A DNA stretch of 64,000 nucleotides from Roseibacillus sp. (GTDB lineage Bacteria; Verrucomicrobiota; Verrucomicrobiia; Verrucomicrobiales; Akkermansiaceae), in contig JBPOGI010000001.1 of NCBI GenBank assembly GCA_051251855.1, positions 1,024,001 through 1,088,000 of the forward strand, given 5' to 3'. This document shows positions 1 through 9,654 of the stretch, in pieces; position 1 is the first letter of the stretch; every line of letters begins with the position of its first letter. The position numbers and the translations under genes are program-made. The notes under the pieces were generated by a model. It did not search any database and was not told where the DNA came from. It worked only from the letters and a program-made list of their open reading frames with translations.

Positions 1-717
1 GCGCGGAAAAAGGGCGCCGGCGGCCGAGGTGATAAGGAGAGTGAGTGCAAAATTAGGGAGCTTCTTAAGGAAACGCTCTAGAAATAGAAAAATGGTGAGG
101 GCCAGCAGACCAAGAACGGCTGGTTGCCAACTCGCGTGGTAGAGATGTTCGCTGATTTTTGCGACAAGAGTTGGAAAAGTTCGGCCGTCTGTTTTTTCGA
201 AATATTGAGCTATGCCCAGCAGCGGTTTGAGCTGATTGAACATGATGAGAGTCGCCGCTCCAGTGATGTAGCCCACGAGGACTGAGCGAGAGATGAATTG
301 CAGAAGGTCGGCGAGCTTAAGCATAGCGCCAGCGATCGAAAGAAGGGCGACGAGGATGACCAAGAAAGGAACTGCTTCGAGTCCTAGGGTCCCTGCGGCG
401 AGACTCGAAAACAGCATGAAGGAAGTGGCATTGGTGGGGCCGAGAATGGTGTGCCGCGAGGAGGCAAAGACGGGAGCGACCAAAGCGGCGATGGCCGAAC
501 AAAGGATGCCGTTGACGATGGGGAGTCCTGCGATGGTGGCGTAGGCCATTCCCTGGGGGACTGCTAAGAGGGCTACATTGACTGCGGCCTTGGAGTCGGC
601 TCCAAGATTTCCTGGGGTCAGGTTCTTAAAGTGATGTCGGAGAGGGAAAAAATCAGGCAAGCTATCGAACTTGTTCCGACTGGCGTTGCGCCGCACATGT
701 CTCCAGAAAAACCGCAT
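1..717 (-). CDS. SulP family anion (sulfate/bicarbonate) permease, 5' part (runs off window start)
   Basis: Not in the ORF track. Manual translation from ATG at 717 gives MRFFWRH...DSKAAVNVALLAVPQGMAYATIAGLPIVNGILCSAIAALVAPVFASSRHTILGPTNA, matching the SulP N-terminal PQGMAYA..AGLP..G..SSR...GPT signature. Confidence 0.9.
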   Translation of the reverse strand, partial: MRFFWRHVRRNASRNKFDSLPDFFPLRHHFKNLTPGNLGADSKAAVNVALLAVPQGMAYATIAGLPIVNGILCSAIAALVAPVFASSRHTILGPTNATSFMLFSSLAAGTLGLEAVPFLVILVALLSIAGAMLKLADLLQFISRSVLVGYITGAATLIMFNQLKPLLGIAQYFEKTDGRTFPTLVAKISEHLYHASWQPAVLGLLALTIFLFLERFLKKLPNFALTLLITSAAGALFPR

Positions 718-772
718 TGAGGCCCGACGCTAACAGATGAGGGCGGGGTTTGGGAAGTGATTCTGAGTCAGG

Positions 773-1873
773 TTATTCCTGAATGAGTTCGAGCTTGAAG
801 GGATACCGGCAAGCAGCGTTCCACTCCATCACGTAGATGTTCCCCAATTCATCGACCATCAAGTCGTGAACGTGCAGAAAAACGGGATGCGTTTGGTGGA
901 GAGGCTGAAGTTTTTCGTTCTTGAAAACAGGCTCACTGCCCCCAGGAGCGGAAACGACTTGCTTGGTTGTACGATCTAGAACGGCGACAAAACCACTTTT
1001 TTCAAGACGTTTACCGGTCTTAGGGTCCTTTGACCAGCATACCCCTGTATAAATGTGATCTCCGTGGAAGACGGCCTGTCCAGCATAGGCTCCTGGAAGG
1101 GGAATTGTTTCGAGATGCTTTCCTTCGAGGGTAAATCGCTTCAGCTGATTTTGCTCACGAGAACTGACCCAAAGGACGGGATTCTCAGGATCGCTCTCAT
1201 CGATCGAAATCCCATGACCGTTTGAAATATCCGAATCTTTACCAGGCTTGCGGCCGCCCCAATCTCGAATGAGTTCGCCGTCGATGGTGAAATGAAGAAT
1301 TCGGTTGGTGCTATAACCATCAATGACGAGGATTTCGTTATCGGCCGTCACCGCGACGTCGCAAGGTCCGTAGTAGGTGCCTTCATCTTCGAGGCCTAGG
1401 TCGATAGGGGAGGGCAAAGTGCGGACGAGCTCTCCTTGCTTAGTGAGCAGATTCACTGAGCCGGTCTTTTTGGTCGCTTTGCCTTCAGCGCTAAATTCCC
1501 AGCCACAATCGACGTGGATAATGAGTTCGCGGTCATCCTCTTGAATGAGATCGATGCCGTGACCGCCCTTAAGGCCCTCACCAAAGCTGCGCACATAAGT
1601 CCCATCGGGTTTGAGCACAATGATGGCATTTCTAGGATGGTCGTTCACGAGATAGAAGAAGCCGTCTTCACTCGCTACCATGGCATGGGCGTTGATCACG
1701 GGCGCGACTTCGCGGTCTACTTTAGCCCAGTCACGGATGACGCGATAACGCAAGTCGTTGTGACCGAGGACTTTTTCTTCCTCAGCCAAGGGGAGAAGAG
1801 TCTCGGTTGGTTGAAACTGAGCTGAGAGAGGACTTGAAAGTAGGCCTGTGAGGGTGAGGAGAGAAAGCTTCAC
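773..1873 (-). CDS. Secreted NHL-repeat beta-propeller protein (peptidylglycine lyase-like fold)
   Basis: Signal peptide, GTG start; repeated blades such as PCDVAVTADNEILVIDGY, GHGISID, VHDLMVDELGNIYVMEW. Confidence 0.75.
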   Translation of the reverse strand: MKLSLLTLTGLLSSPLSAQFQPTETLLPLAEEEKVLGHNDLRYRVIRDWAKVDREVAPVINAHAMVASEDGFFYLVNDHPRNAIIVLKPDGTYVRSFGEGLKGGHGIDLIQEDDRELIIHVDCGWEFSAEGKATKKTGSVNLLTKQGELVRTLPSPIDLGLEDEGTYYGPCDVAVTADNEILVIDGYSTNRILHFTIDGELIRDWGGRKPGKDSDISNGHGISIDESDPENPVLWVSSREQNQLKRFTLEGKHLETIPLPGAYAGQAVFHGDHIYTGVCWSKDPKTGKRLEKSGFVAVLDRTTKQVVSAPGGSEPVFKNEKLQPLHQTHPVFLHVHDLMVDELGNIYVMEWNAACRYPFKLELIQE

Positions 1874-1987
1874 GGGAGAGGACTCTGTGAGTTCAAAACT
1901 GAGCTGACAAGGGTAAGGTTGTTCCTTGCTCTGGAAAAACCATCGTGTTTTCGCAAGCTTTGGGGTTCACTTTTCGCAAGCTTAACT

Positions 1988-3799
1988 ATGTCCGAATACC
2001 AAACTAGACCTGGCAGCCACACGGGAATGCCGCCCGGAGTGCCGCACATCATCGGGAACGAGGCTGCGGAACGATTTTCGTTCTATGGAATGAAGGGGAT
2101 CTTAGCGGTTTTCATGGCGCAATATTTGCACCTGATGAATGACACGCCTGGCGAGGCCATGAGCGAAACAATGGCTTCCTCGAACTATCACGCTTTCAAC
2201 TTTTGGGTCTACATAACGCCATTCGTGGGTGCCCTTTTGGCAGATTTTTTCTGGGGAAAGTATCGCACGATTATCTGGCTGTCGGTGGTCTATGTGATGG
2301 GTCATGGCGCGCTGGCGTTCATGGGGACGACCGGTGATGCGCGATGGTGGATGTTTGGAGGTCTCGCTCTCATTGCGATTGGTTCGGGTGGCATTAAGCC
2401 CTGTGTTTCGGCCCATGTGGGCGACCAGTTTGGGGCCAGCAATGCGCACCTGCTGCCTAAGATTTTCAATTGGTTCTATTTTTCAATCAATGTAGGGGCG
2501 ATGGTTTCGATGCTACTGACGCCATGGCTTCTCGAGTGGTATGGCCCACATTGGGCATTCGGCGTTCCTGGGGTGTTGATGGCATTGGCAACCTTGGTGT
2601 TTTGGATGGGGAGAAAACGCTTCGTGCATATTCCAGCTCAGCCAGAAAAGACAAGAAGAGAGCTTACAAGCCCCGAGGGCATGAAGAGCATCCTGTCCCT
2701 CATTCCGCTATTCCTATTTGTTGCCATGTTCTGGGCACTCTTTGATCAGACTGGCTCGACTTGGATTTTTCAAGCGCAAGATATGGAGCGAAACTTTCTA
2801 GGGAAGGAGTGGCTACCTTCTCAAATCCAGTCTTTGAACTCGGTGTTTGTCCTCATGTTCATTCCTTTGTTCGCCTACGGACTCTATCCGCTCATTTCGA
2901 AAGTGTGGCCGCTGACTCCGTTGCGGAAAATTGGCGTTGGGCTTTTCCTGATGACTTTGTCCTTCGCGATGGTTGCCTTAGTGCAATCACGCATCGACAT
3001 GGGTGCGAGACCGAATATTTCATGGCAGGTTCTCTCCTATGCCTTGTTGACGGCGTCCGAAGTGATGGTCTCTATTGTAGCCTTGGAGTTTGCTTACACG
3101 CAGGCACCCAAGACTTTAAAGTCGATTGTAATGAGCCTCTTTCTTGCCGCGGTGGCTTTCGGTAACCTTTTTACTGCAGGTATCAATCGCATCATTGTCG
3201 TTGCCGAGCCGAAAGAATCCGAGAGTTTCGAGGGAAATAAGGTGAACTATCTTGGCGAGGATAAGGTGCTTGGCTCTGAGGATGATTTGATGCGCTTAGA
3301 AAATGGGGTTTTGACGCAAGGGCTGAAAACTGTCGAACTGGTAGATGGAAAATTTCCCCAAACGATAGCGGCCTTTAAAACATTGAAGGATCCCTGGGGG
3401 AATGCACTCCGCTATCGAGTGATGAATTCACGAACGGCTCGAATCTCCTCCGACGGCCCAGACGGGAAGGCTCGAACAAAATGGGACCAAGGGGTTGTGA
3501 TGTCGCTGCCGGAGCCAGAAGCCGTGCAGAAAACATCATGGTCCGATACTTGGCGACCTCAGGAAAGTTGGCTCACAAAGAGAAAGCGTGAACTTGGTCT
3601 CATAGAAGAATCCTCGGATGAGAAGAATCCCTATCCGTTCTCAATCGATTACTATAGCGGAGGAGGGACTCGTCTGGAGGGCGCATCTTACTTCTGGTTC
3701 TTTGCCGGGTTGATGTTCTTAACGGCAGTCGGGTTCATCCCTTATGCCCTGAGATATCAAGGAAGAACAATTCTGCAAGACTCTCACCGTGAAACCTGA
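1988..3799 (+). CDS. POT/PTR family proton-dependent oligopeptide MFS transporter with a large inserted loop near the C-terminus
   Basis: EAAERFSFYGM (ExxERFxYY) motif, GGIKPCVSAHVGDQF, FNWFYFSINVG, LEFAYTQAP. Start placed at ATG 1988 (MSEYQT) rather than the upstream TTG. Confidence 0.92.
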   Translation: MSEYQTRPGSHTGMPPGVPHIIGNEAAERFSFYGMKGILAVFMAQYLHLMNDTPGEAMSETMASSNYHAFNFWVYITPFVGALLADFFWGKYRTIIWLSVVYVMGHGALAFMGTTGDARWWMFGGLALIAIGSGGIKPCVSAHVGDQFGASNAHLLPKIFNWFYFSINVGAMVSMLLTPWLLEWYGPHWAFGVPGVLMALATLVFWMGRKRFVHIPAQPEKTRRELTSPEGMKSILSLIPLFLFVAMFWALFDQTGSTWIFQAQDMERNFLGKEWLPSQIQSLNSVFVLMFIPLFAYGLYPLISKVWPLTPLRKIGVGLFLMTLSFAMVALVQSRIDMGARPNISWQVLSYALLTASEVMVSIVALEFAYTQAPKTLKSIVMSLFLAAVAFGNLFTAGINRIIVVAEPKESESFEGNKVNYLGEDKVLGSEDDLMRLENGVLTQGLKTVELVDGKFPQTIAAFKTLKDPWGNALRYRVMNSRTARISSDGPDGKARTKWDQGVVMSLPEPEAVQKTSWSDTWRPQESWLTKRKRELGLIEESSDEKNPYPFSIDYYSGGGTRLEGASYFWFFAGLMFLTAVGFIPYALRYQGRTILQDSHRET

Positions 3800-4385
3800 T
3801 CAGTCATCAACCAAGAAAATCCATCGAAGTGTTCTCGACGGATAAAAGAGGGCTGAAATCGCTTTTCATTACCGGCGTGGATGAGGGAGGAAAACTCAGC
3901 CCCACCAAGAAGAGCTGATTACGACTCAGGAGTCTATTGTGACATCACAGCGACGCTATCGTTCTTGGCATCAAGCGGGAGATAAGTGCAAAGAATAGGC
4001 TTAAAAGATTAATTTTTAACCTTCTCGGACGATTTAGGAATGCGATACGGCAATCGTAAACGGGAAAACGCATGGAGTTGCGGTCGCTTCGGCTTGACTT
4101 CGATGGCTTTGGTCCAGAAGTCACAGTAACTTATCATTAGAGCGTGGAACATTTTTTTAAAGTTCTTCACCGCTATTTCTCATTCGTTTAAGAAGTCTAA
4201 ACTAAACTGGAGTAATTTCTTAGGGGAATCGGGTCGAAATATCTGACTGAAGATAATTTTCATTAATTCATTTAGAAGGCATGACTCAGAATGACAGTTT
4301 ATATTATTGCCTTCGGTAATTTTACCCTTGGTTAAGCATTCATTGAGAGTAGGTTAGTGAAGTTCACCAGTAACACCTATCCACT

Positions 4386-4964
4386 ATGAAGTATTTGAAA
4401 CTATCCGGAATCGTTGCTGCCGCTTTACTTGCCTGTAGCTGCAGTACCTCTAGCGTCGCGGTCAAAGAGACCTCGCTCGTCAATAGCAACTCTTCGTCCC
4501 GCGAACGTCATCTTGCGAGTTCGATCCACCAAGAAATCAATCGGTATCGGGCCACCCAAGGCCTCAAGGCACTGAAGCTACACAGTGGTTTGACCAAGCT
4601 GGCAAAGCCCCACAGTAACTATATGATGACGAATGCGGGCTCATTTAGTGTGGATTCGCAGAAGAGTCTTATTACTCACTACGGGTTTGGTGCTCGGTCG
4701 ACGATGGCCAATCGCAAGTATCAAATCGAGTCTCTCGGCGAGAACGTGATCGCTAGTTACGAGATGGGGCAGGGAACCGATTTGGCGGCAAAAATGGTGA
4801 GAGGTTGGCTGACGTCTCCCAATCACAAGCACAACATTCATTCGAAATGGACCCGAACAGGGATTGCCGTTTCATTCGATGCGCGAGGACGGGCCTTTGT
4901 TACCCAGCTCTTTGGCACGGAACCGTCTCAACTTCTGAAGGTCGGCGGTCCTGCTCAATGGTAG
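4386..4964 (+). CDS. CAP/SCP domain lipoprotein
   Basis: Lipobox-like LLACSC; INRYR..GL..L, HS.YM, GENV and W..SPNH..NI motifs of CAP domains. Confidence 0.85.
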   Translation: MKYLKLSGIVAAALLACSCSTSSVAVKETSLVNSNSSSRERHLASSIHQEINRYRATQGLKALKLHSGLTKLAKPHSNYMMTNAGSFSVDSQKSLITHYGFGARSTMANRKYQIESLGENVIASYEMGQGTDLAAKMVRGWLTSPNHKHNIHSKWTRTGIAVSFDARGRAFVTQLFGTEPSQLLKVGGPAQW

Positions 4965-4969
4965 TCTTT

Positions 4970-6382
4970 TTAAATCGAACCTCCGAGAGCGAGAAGGAGA
5001 TCGAGGTGATTCTGCAGTCTCCTGTTCTTGAGTGAAATCAAACTCGCTCGGGCATTGAGAGCTCTGCGTTGCGCCTCCAGCACCTCCAAGATACTCGGTC
5101 GATTGCCAACGTCGAGACCTTCGACAAAGTTGCTCTCAGCCCATTTTTCAGCAAGAGCAGTATTTTCCACTTCGGTGAGAAGATGCTGCTCTTGTTTTTT
5201 GAGTGAGTCGTCAGTAGCGAGCGCGGACTCTACTTCCTGAAAAGCTCGCAGAACGTCGCGTCGATAAAGACTGATTTGATTCTCGTTGTCTGCGAGTGAT
5301 TGGCGGGCTCGGGCAGAAAGCTCACCACCTGAGTATAGATTCTGGGCAATGCTCGCAGCTAGAGAGGAAGTGAGGTTGCCGACGTCGAGGAGATCGCGAA
5401 GCTCAGGCGATGAGGTGCCTGAACTGGCAGTGAGCCGAAAATTTGGAAGAAGATTTTTGCGAGATGCGTCGGCCCGTCTGGCGGACGCAAAAACGCGAAT
5501 ACGGCGAGCGGTCAAATCGGGCCTTCGCTCGAGAAGTTGAGAGGGTAGGCCCGCCTTAACGGGGGGAATCCTTGGCAATTGGGTTGAGGAATCGATTTGA
5601 GAGTTTGGGTATTCTCCGAGCAACAGCTGGAGAGAGCGCGCAGCTTCATCGCGGGCCAATTGTCGAGACTTGAGGGAGCGCTCGGCGGAAGCAATGTTAC
5701 TGCGCCCAAAGGCATCGTCGAGGGGACGTAACGTCCCTAGTTTGTAACCTCTTTGGATAATTTGGTAATTATCGCGGAAGGACTGAAGGGTTTCCTTAGC
5801 CAAAGTGAGTTGGTTTTCGGCGGTGACAAGATTACACCAGCTTTGAGCGGTATTGACTGCGAGGGAAAGTCGCGCGGAACGAAAGTCGGCGACGGTTGCT
5901 TCGTAGTCAGCAACCGAGGCGGATTCGAGATCTCGGAGTCTTCCCCAGATGTCAGGTTCCCAGGATGCATTCAGCGATAGGGCGTAGGAATCACTGCTTT
6001 CTCCGTCGCTTCGAGAGCGTGTTCCGCGTCCTGAAGCATTGATGTCTGGCAATCGGCTTGCTCGACCGATGATGGTTCCTTCGCGAGCGGTCTTGAGCCG
6101 GGTTGCAGTCGCTTGCAGGTCAGGGTTATTTTTGAGGGCAGTTCTGACAACTCGACTCAGTTGAGGATCTCGGAGGCTGGCAAGCCAATCGGTGGTGATT
6201 TTGGCGTTTTGACCCTCTTGGGCGGCGGCGAATGCAGAGAGGGTATCAAATGCGACTCCTTCGGCGGGCCTCTGACCTGGGATTGGGTTGCAGGCACTCA
6301 TAAATAGAGTGCACCCAACGAGTAACAAAGAAATTGTTCTTTCGTGACGAAAGTGGGGTGAGATTTGTATTCTGGATTGCAT
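4970..6382 (-). CDS. TolC/NodT family outer membrane efflux lipoprotein
   Basis: Lipobox MSAC; DPQL..V..AL.NNPDL, SWEPDIWGR, GLPSQLLERRPDL and terminal ALGG motifs. Confidence 0.9.
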   Translation of the reverse strand: MQSRIQISPHFRHERTISLLLVGCTLFMSACNPIPGQRPAEGVAFDTLSAFAAAQEGQNAKITTDWLASLRDPQLSRVVRTALKNNPDLQATATRLKTAREGTIIGRASRLPDINASGRGTRSRSDGESSDSYALSLNASWEPDIWGRLRDLESASVADYEATVADFRSARLSLAVNTAQSWCNLVTAENQLTLAKETLQSFRDNYQIIQRGYKLGTLRPLDDAFGRSNIASAERSLKSRQLARDEAARSLQLLLGEYPNSQIDSSTQLPRIPPVKAGLPSQLLERRPDLTARRIRVFASARRADASRKNLLPNFRLTASSGTSSPELRDLLDVGNLTSSLAASIAQNLYSGGELSARARQSLADNENQISLYRRDVLRAFQEVESALATDDSLKKQEQHLLTEVENTALAEKWAESNFVEGLDVGNRPSILEVLEAQRRALNARASLISLKNRRLQNHLDLLLALGGSI

Positions 6383-6415
6383 TCTCCGATGAAACAGTCA
6401 AATACCGCGTAAGCA

Positions 6416-7120
6416 ATGAATTGGTTTCAAAAAACGTCTCTGATGACCACAATCATCTCCATAGCCCTCTCGGGAGGCCTCTGGAGTGAAGTCGAAACTT
6501 CGCGAGTAGTGGAGAAAGGAGATACCTTGGAGGAAGTCAAACCTGAGGTCAAGGTCGAGGCTAAGACTGAGATTGAAGAAGGAGCCAAGAGCAAGGGGGA
6601 AACGGAGCCTGAAATTTTAACAGAAAAGGCAGCGGAGGCACTCGAGGAGGCAAGAGATAAAGAAAAGAAGGAGCCTTCTGAGCCCGTAGAACGGCAAGTC
6701 TTTGGTTGGAAAGAGTGGGTGAAGGTTGGAACGAAGGCGGATGTGATGAGAGCCAAGTTAGATAGTGGCGCGCGAACCTCTTCCCTCCATGCCGAAGGCA
6801 TCGAAGAGTTCGAGCGTGACGGTCGCGAGTGGGTACGCTTCACGATGCGGGATCCTGACGAGAAGGATTCGAAGTCGATTCTGATTAAGGCCCCGGTTCA
6901 ACGTGTTGCAAAGGTCAAGAATACCGATGGCACGATGGAGAGACGTTTTGTCGTCGAACTTGGTTTCTCAATGGGAGACCGCCAGCTGCGCGAGGAGTTC
7001 AATCTCAATGATCGAACTGGGATGACCTGCCCCGTCTTGATTGGGCGCAATGCCCTCCGTCATCTTGGTTATGTTGATTGCAGTCGCGTCGACCTAGCTA
7101 CCAAAAAGATTCTTAAATAA
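6416..7120 (+). CDS. RimK-associated aspartyl-protease-like protein (annotated family: putative ATP-dependent zinc protease), secreted
   Basis: GWKEWV, AKLDSGARTSSLHA, ERRFVV, FNLNDRTGM.CPVLIGRNAL motifs; signal peptide and an E/K-rich linker. Confidence 0.88.
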   Translation: MNWFQKTSLMTTIISIALSGGLWSEVETSRVVEKGDTLEEVKPEVKVEAKTEIEEGAKSKGETEPEILTEKAAEALEEARDKEKKEPSEPVERQVFGWKEWVKVGTKADVMRAKLDSGARTSSLHAEGIEEFERDGREWVRFTMRDPDEKDSKSILIKAPVQRVAKVKNTDGTMERRFVVELGFSMGDRQLREEFNLNDRTGMTCPVLIGRNALRHLGYVDCSRVDLATKKILK

Positions 7121-7126
7121 ACTCCC

Positions 7127-8653
7127 ATGAAACGAAAGAATGCCCTTCTTTGGGGCTTGGTAATCTTGCTTTGCGGAGTAGGGGTCGGACTTACGATTTA
7201 CAAGAGTGGAAAATTAGGTGTTCCTTTCTTCCCTGGAAGCAAGGTGACAGCTTGGATTATCGAGGCGACAGTTCGTCTAGAGGCGAACGGGAAAGAAGTT
7301 GAGGTTGAGCTAGGGCTTCCTCCCATGAAGGAAGGGGCCGAAGTGAGGCAGGAAGTGGCTTCACTGGGATATGGTTACCAAGAGCGAAGTCTACCAAGGC
7401 AGGGACGTCGGGGGATTTGGAGTGCCCGTTCTCGATCGGGAGTGCAAAGACTCTACTACCAAATTAGCCTTGCAGAAGAAGACTTACGCCTATTGGAAGA
7501 GCAAGCGAGTTCAGCTCCTCAAGTGGAGCCAAGTAGTGTTGGCGGAAGTGCTTCTGAAATGGCGGCTCGCGAGACCTTACGACTTGAGTGCCGCGAAAAA
7601 TCAGCCAACGCCGAGACCTTTGTGAGTCAGCTGAGAGCACAACTTTTCGGAGAGATGCTCAGCCAAGAGGCGGGCTTCCTACGCCGAAGTTATGAGGCGC
7701 GGATCGGGGAGGGGTGGGAGCGTTCGCTCTTACAGGACTTCCTGCAGATGGAAGGTATTCCCTATCGAAACGCTTGGGGAGTAGTGCTCAATGAGTCGCT
7801 AGGTTCTCAACGCCCCGTTCCAATGATCGAGTTTCATGATGGCCGTAACTGGGAATCGGTGGAAGCCGTGGAAGCGCGCGAGACAGGTAAGCTCGTTGTT
7901 TGGTCACGTGGTGACTCATTGTTGGACGTGCGAGGGGGAGAGAATTCGCAAGTGTTTTTCACTACTGCCAAGAATCTTGCTCCATTGGATGCAATGGAGG
8001 CGCTCAAGGATGCCCCCGCTTGGATTGGTTCCATTTCGTCCTTGCCGGTGAATGAACGCCGAGTCTTTAGGTATATTGCATTAATTCCGGTGGGGGTTTG
8101 CTTGATCGTCTTTTTAAGAAATATTGTGGGTTTCAATATGTTAGGCACGTTTATGCCGGTTCTTTTAGCTTTGTCCTTTTTGGAGATGCCGTTGGGGCCC
8201 GCGTTGCTGATGTTTGCCCTTCTCTTGACTGCTGGGCTAGCATTTCGATTCTTCTTAAGCCGCCTCAACTTGCTCGTGGTGCCGAGGGTGGCGGCGTGTG
8301 TGGTGGTCGTGAGTTTATTGATGATCATGTTTGGTCTCTTTAGCTGGCGAATGGGGATGGCGGTCGGCTTACAGGTAACAGTGTTTCCAATGGTGGTTCT
8401 TGCATGGACCATTGAGCGGATGTCGTTGCTTTGGGATGAGGAGGGACCAGTGGCGGCTTTGGCCCAAGCTGGCGGAAGTGTTCTGGCTGCTGTTTTGGCT
8501 TATCTCTTAATGCGGATTAGGGTCGTCGATTATTGGGCTCAGTATTTCCCGGAACTACTTTTGATTCTATTAGCAGGAATTATTTTGATTGGGCGATACA
8601 CTGGTTACCGACTTTCTGAGTTGGTGAGATTTAAGAGTTTCCCGAAATCATGA
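7127..8653 (+). CDS. Inactive transglutaminase fused to a 7-TM domain (UUP1-like membrane protein)
   Basis: N-terminal TM, soluble domain, then LRNIVGF..LGTFMPVL, LLVVPR, FPMVVLAWTIER, IGRYTGYRLSELVRF; typical position between the protease and the ATP-grasp gene. Confidence 0.88.
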   Translation: MKRKNALLWGLVILLCGVGVGLTIYKSGKLGVPFFPGSKVTAWIIEATVRLEANGKEVEVELGLPPMKEGAEVRQEVASLGYGYQERSLPRQGRRGIWSARSRSGVQRLYYQISLAEEDLRLLEEQASSAPQVEPSSVGGSASEMAARETLRLECREKSANAETFVSQLRAQLFGEMLSQEAGFLRRSYEARIGEGWERSLLQDFLQMEGIPYRNAWGVVLNESLGSQRPVPMIEFHDGRNWESVEAVEARETGKLVVWSRGDSLLDVRGGENSQVFFTTAKNLAPLDAMEALKDAPAWIGSISSLPVNERRVFRYIALIPVGVCLIVFLRNIVGFNMLGTFMPVLLALSFLEMPLGPALLMFALLLTAGLAFRFFLSRLNLLVVPRVAACVVVVSLLMIMFGLFSWRMGMAVGLQVTVFPMVVLAWTIERMSLLWDEEGPVAALAQAGGSVLAAVLAYLLMRIRVVDYWAQYFPELLLILLAGIILIGRYTGYRLSELVRFKSFPKS

Positions 8654-9654
8654 CTGCAAAGTGGTGGCACCGTTGGTTTTTAACACCTGGCGAATTGAGT
8701 CGCCTAGGGGTGGTGGGTATCAACGCGCGCAATGGTCGCTACCTTTTGCCCAATAATTCACGGAAGTACTATCGCACAGTCGATGACAAGGTGATGACCA
8801 AGAAGTTGTCCATCGAAATGGAGATTCCGGTTCCCGAACTCTACGGAACGATCGATAGCCCAGGTGGACTCAAAAACATTGGTAAACTGGTCGAGGGTAA
8901 AGACGCCTTTGTGATTAAGCCGGCCCGAGGAAGCGGAGGGAAGGGGGTGCTCGTGATCCAGGGGCGTTCCGGTGATGCTTTTCTAAAAGGCAGTGGAAGT
9001 TCATTGACGTTGGAAGAGGTGCGGTTCCATGTCTCAAACATTTTAGGTGGACTCTTCAGTTTGGGAGGTCAGCGCGATGTTGCGATGGTGGAGCAATATA
9101 TCGCGTGTGCTGATGAGGTGATGGCGATGAGCTATCGTGGAGCGCCCGATGTGAGGGTGGTCATGCTGCATGGATATCCAGTCATGGCGATGTTGAGAGT
9201 CGCGACCAAAGAGTCAGATGGTCGAGCAAACCTGCACCAAGGAGCGATTGGAATTGGTATAGATTTGGAGACGGGAATTAGCCATCATGCGGTGTGCCAT
9301 GGGGAACCGATCGAGACTCATCCTGACCTTGGAACACCTCTGTTAGGCCAACAAATACCGGATTGGGAAACCGTGTTGAAGCTAGCAGGACTTTGTTATG
9401 AAATGACTCATCTCGGTTACCTAGGAGCCGATATCATGATCGGTAAAGGGGTAGGACCAATGATTATTGAGGTAAATGCTCGGCCAGGTCTCGCGATTCA
9501 GCTGGCGAACGGGGAAGGGCTCCGTAACCGGTTTCAGATTGTGCACGACGAGGCCCTTCGGATGCAGCGCACGGCGTCGCTGGAGGAGAGAATCGACTTT
9601 TCCCGTGGTAAGCTCGTTCATCTCGCTCTGAAGGCAAAGAAGAGCCTAGTCTGA
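8650..9654 (+). CDS. Alpha-L-glutamate ligase-like ATP-grasp protein
   Basis: GINARN...N.R..Y..VDDK, FVIKPARGSGGKG, GAPDVRV, ANLHQG, EVNARPGLAIQLAN; ATGA overlap with the upstream gene. Confidence 0.9.
   Translation: MTAKWWHRWFLTPGELSRLGVVGINARNGRYLLPNNSRKYYRTVDDKVMTKKLSIEMEIPVPELYGTIDSPGGLKNIGKLVEGKDAFVIKPARGSGGKGVLVIQGRSGDAFLKGSGSSLTLEEVRFHVSNILGGLFSLGGQRDVAMVEQYIACADEVMAMSYRGAPDVRVVMLHGYPVMAMLRVATKESDGRANLHQGAIGIGIDLETGISHHAVCHGEPIETHPDLGTPLLGQQIPDWETVLKLAGLCYEMTHLGYLGADIMIGKGVGPMIIEVNARPGLAIQLANGEGLRNRFQIVHDEALRMQRTASLEERIDFSRGKLVHLALKAKKSLV

Noticed and set aside
3797..3860. Read-through of the POT transporter TGA (and of the purE, BASS, mutL and ApbE TGAs)
   Set aside because: The proteins are already complete at the stop, the extensions are short or not protein-like, and no GGUC-capped hairpin was seen.
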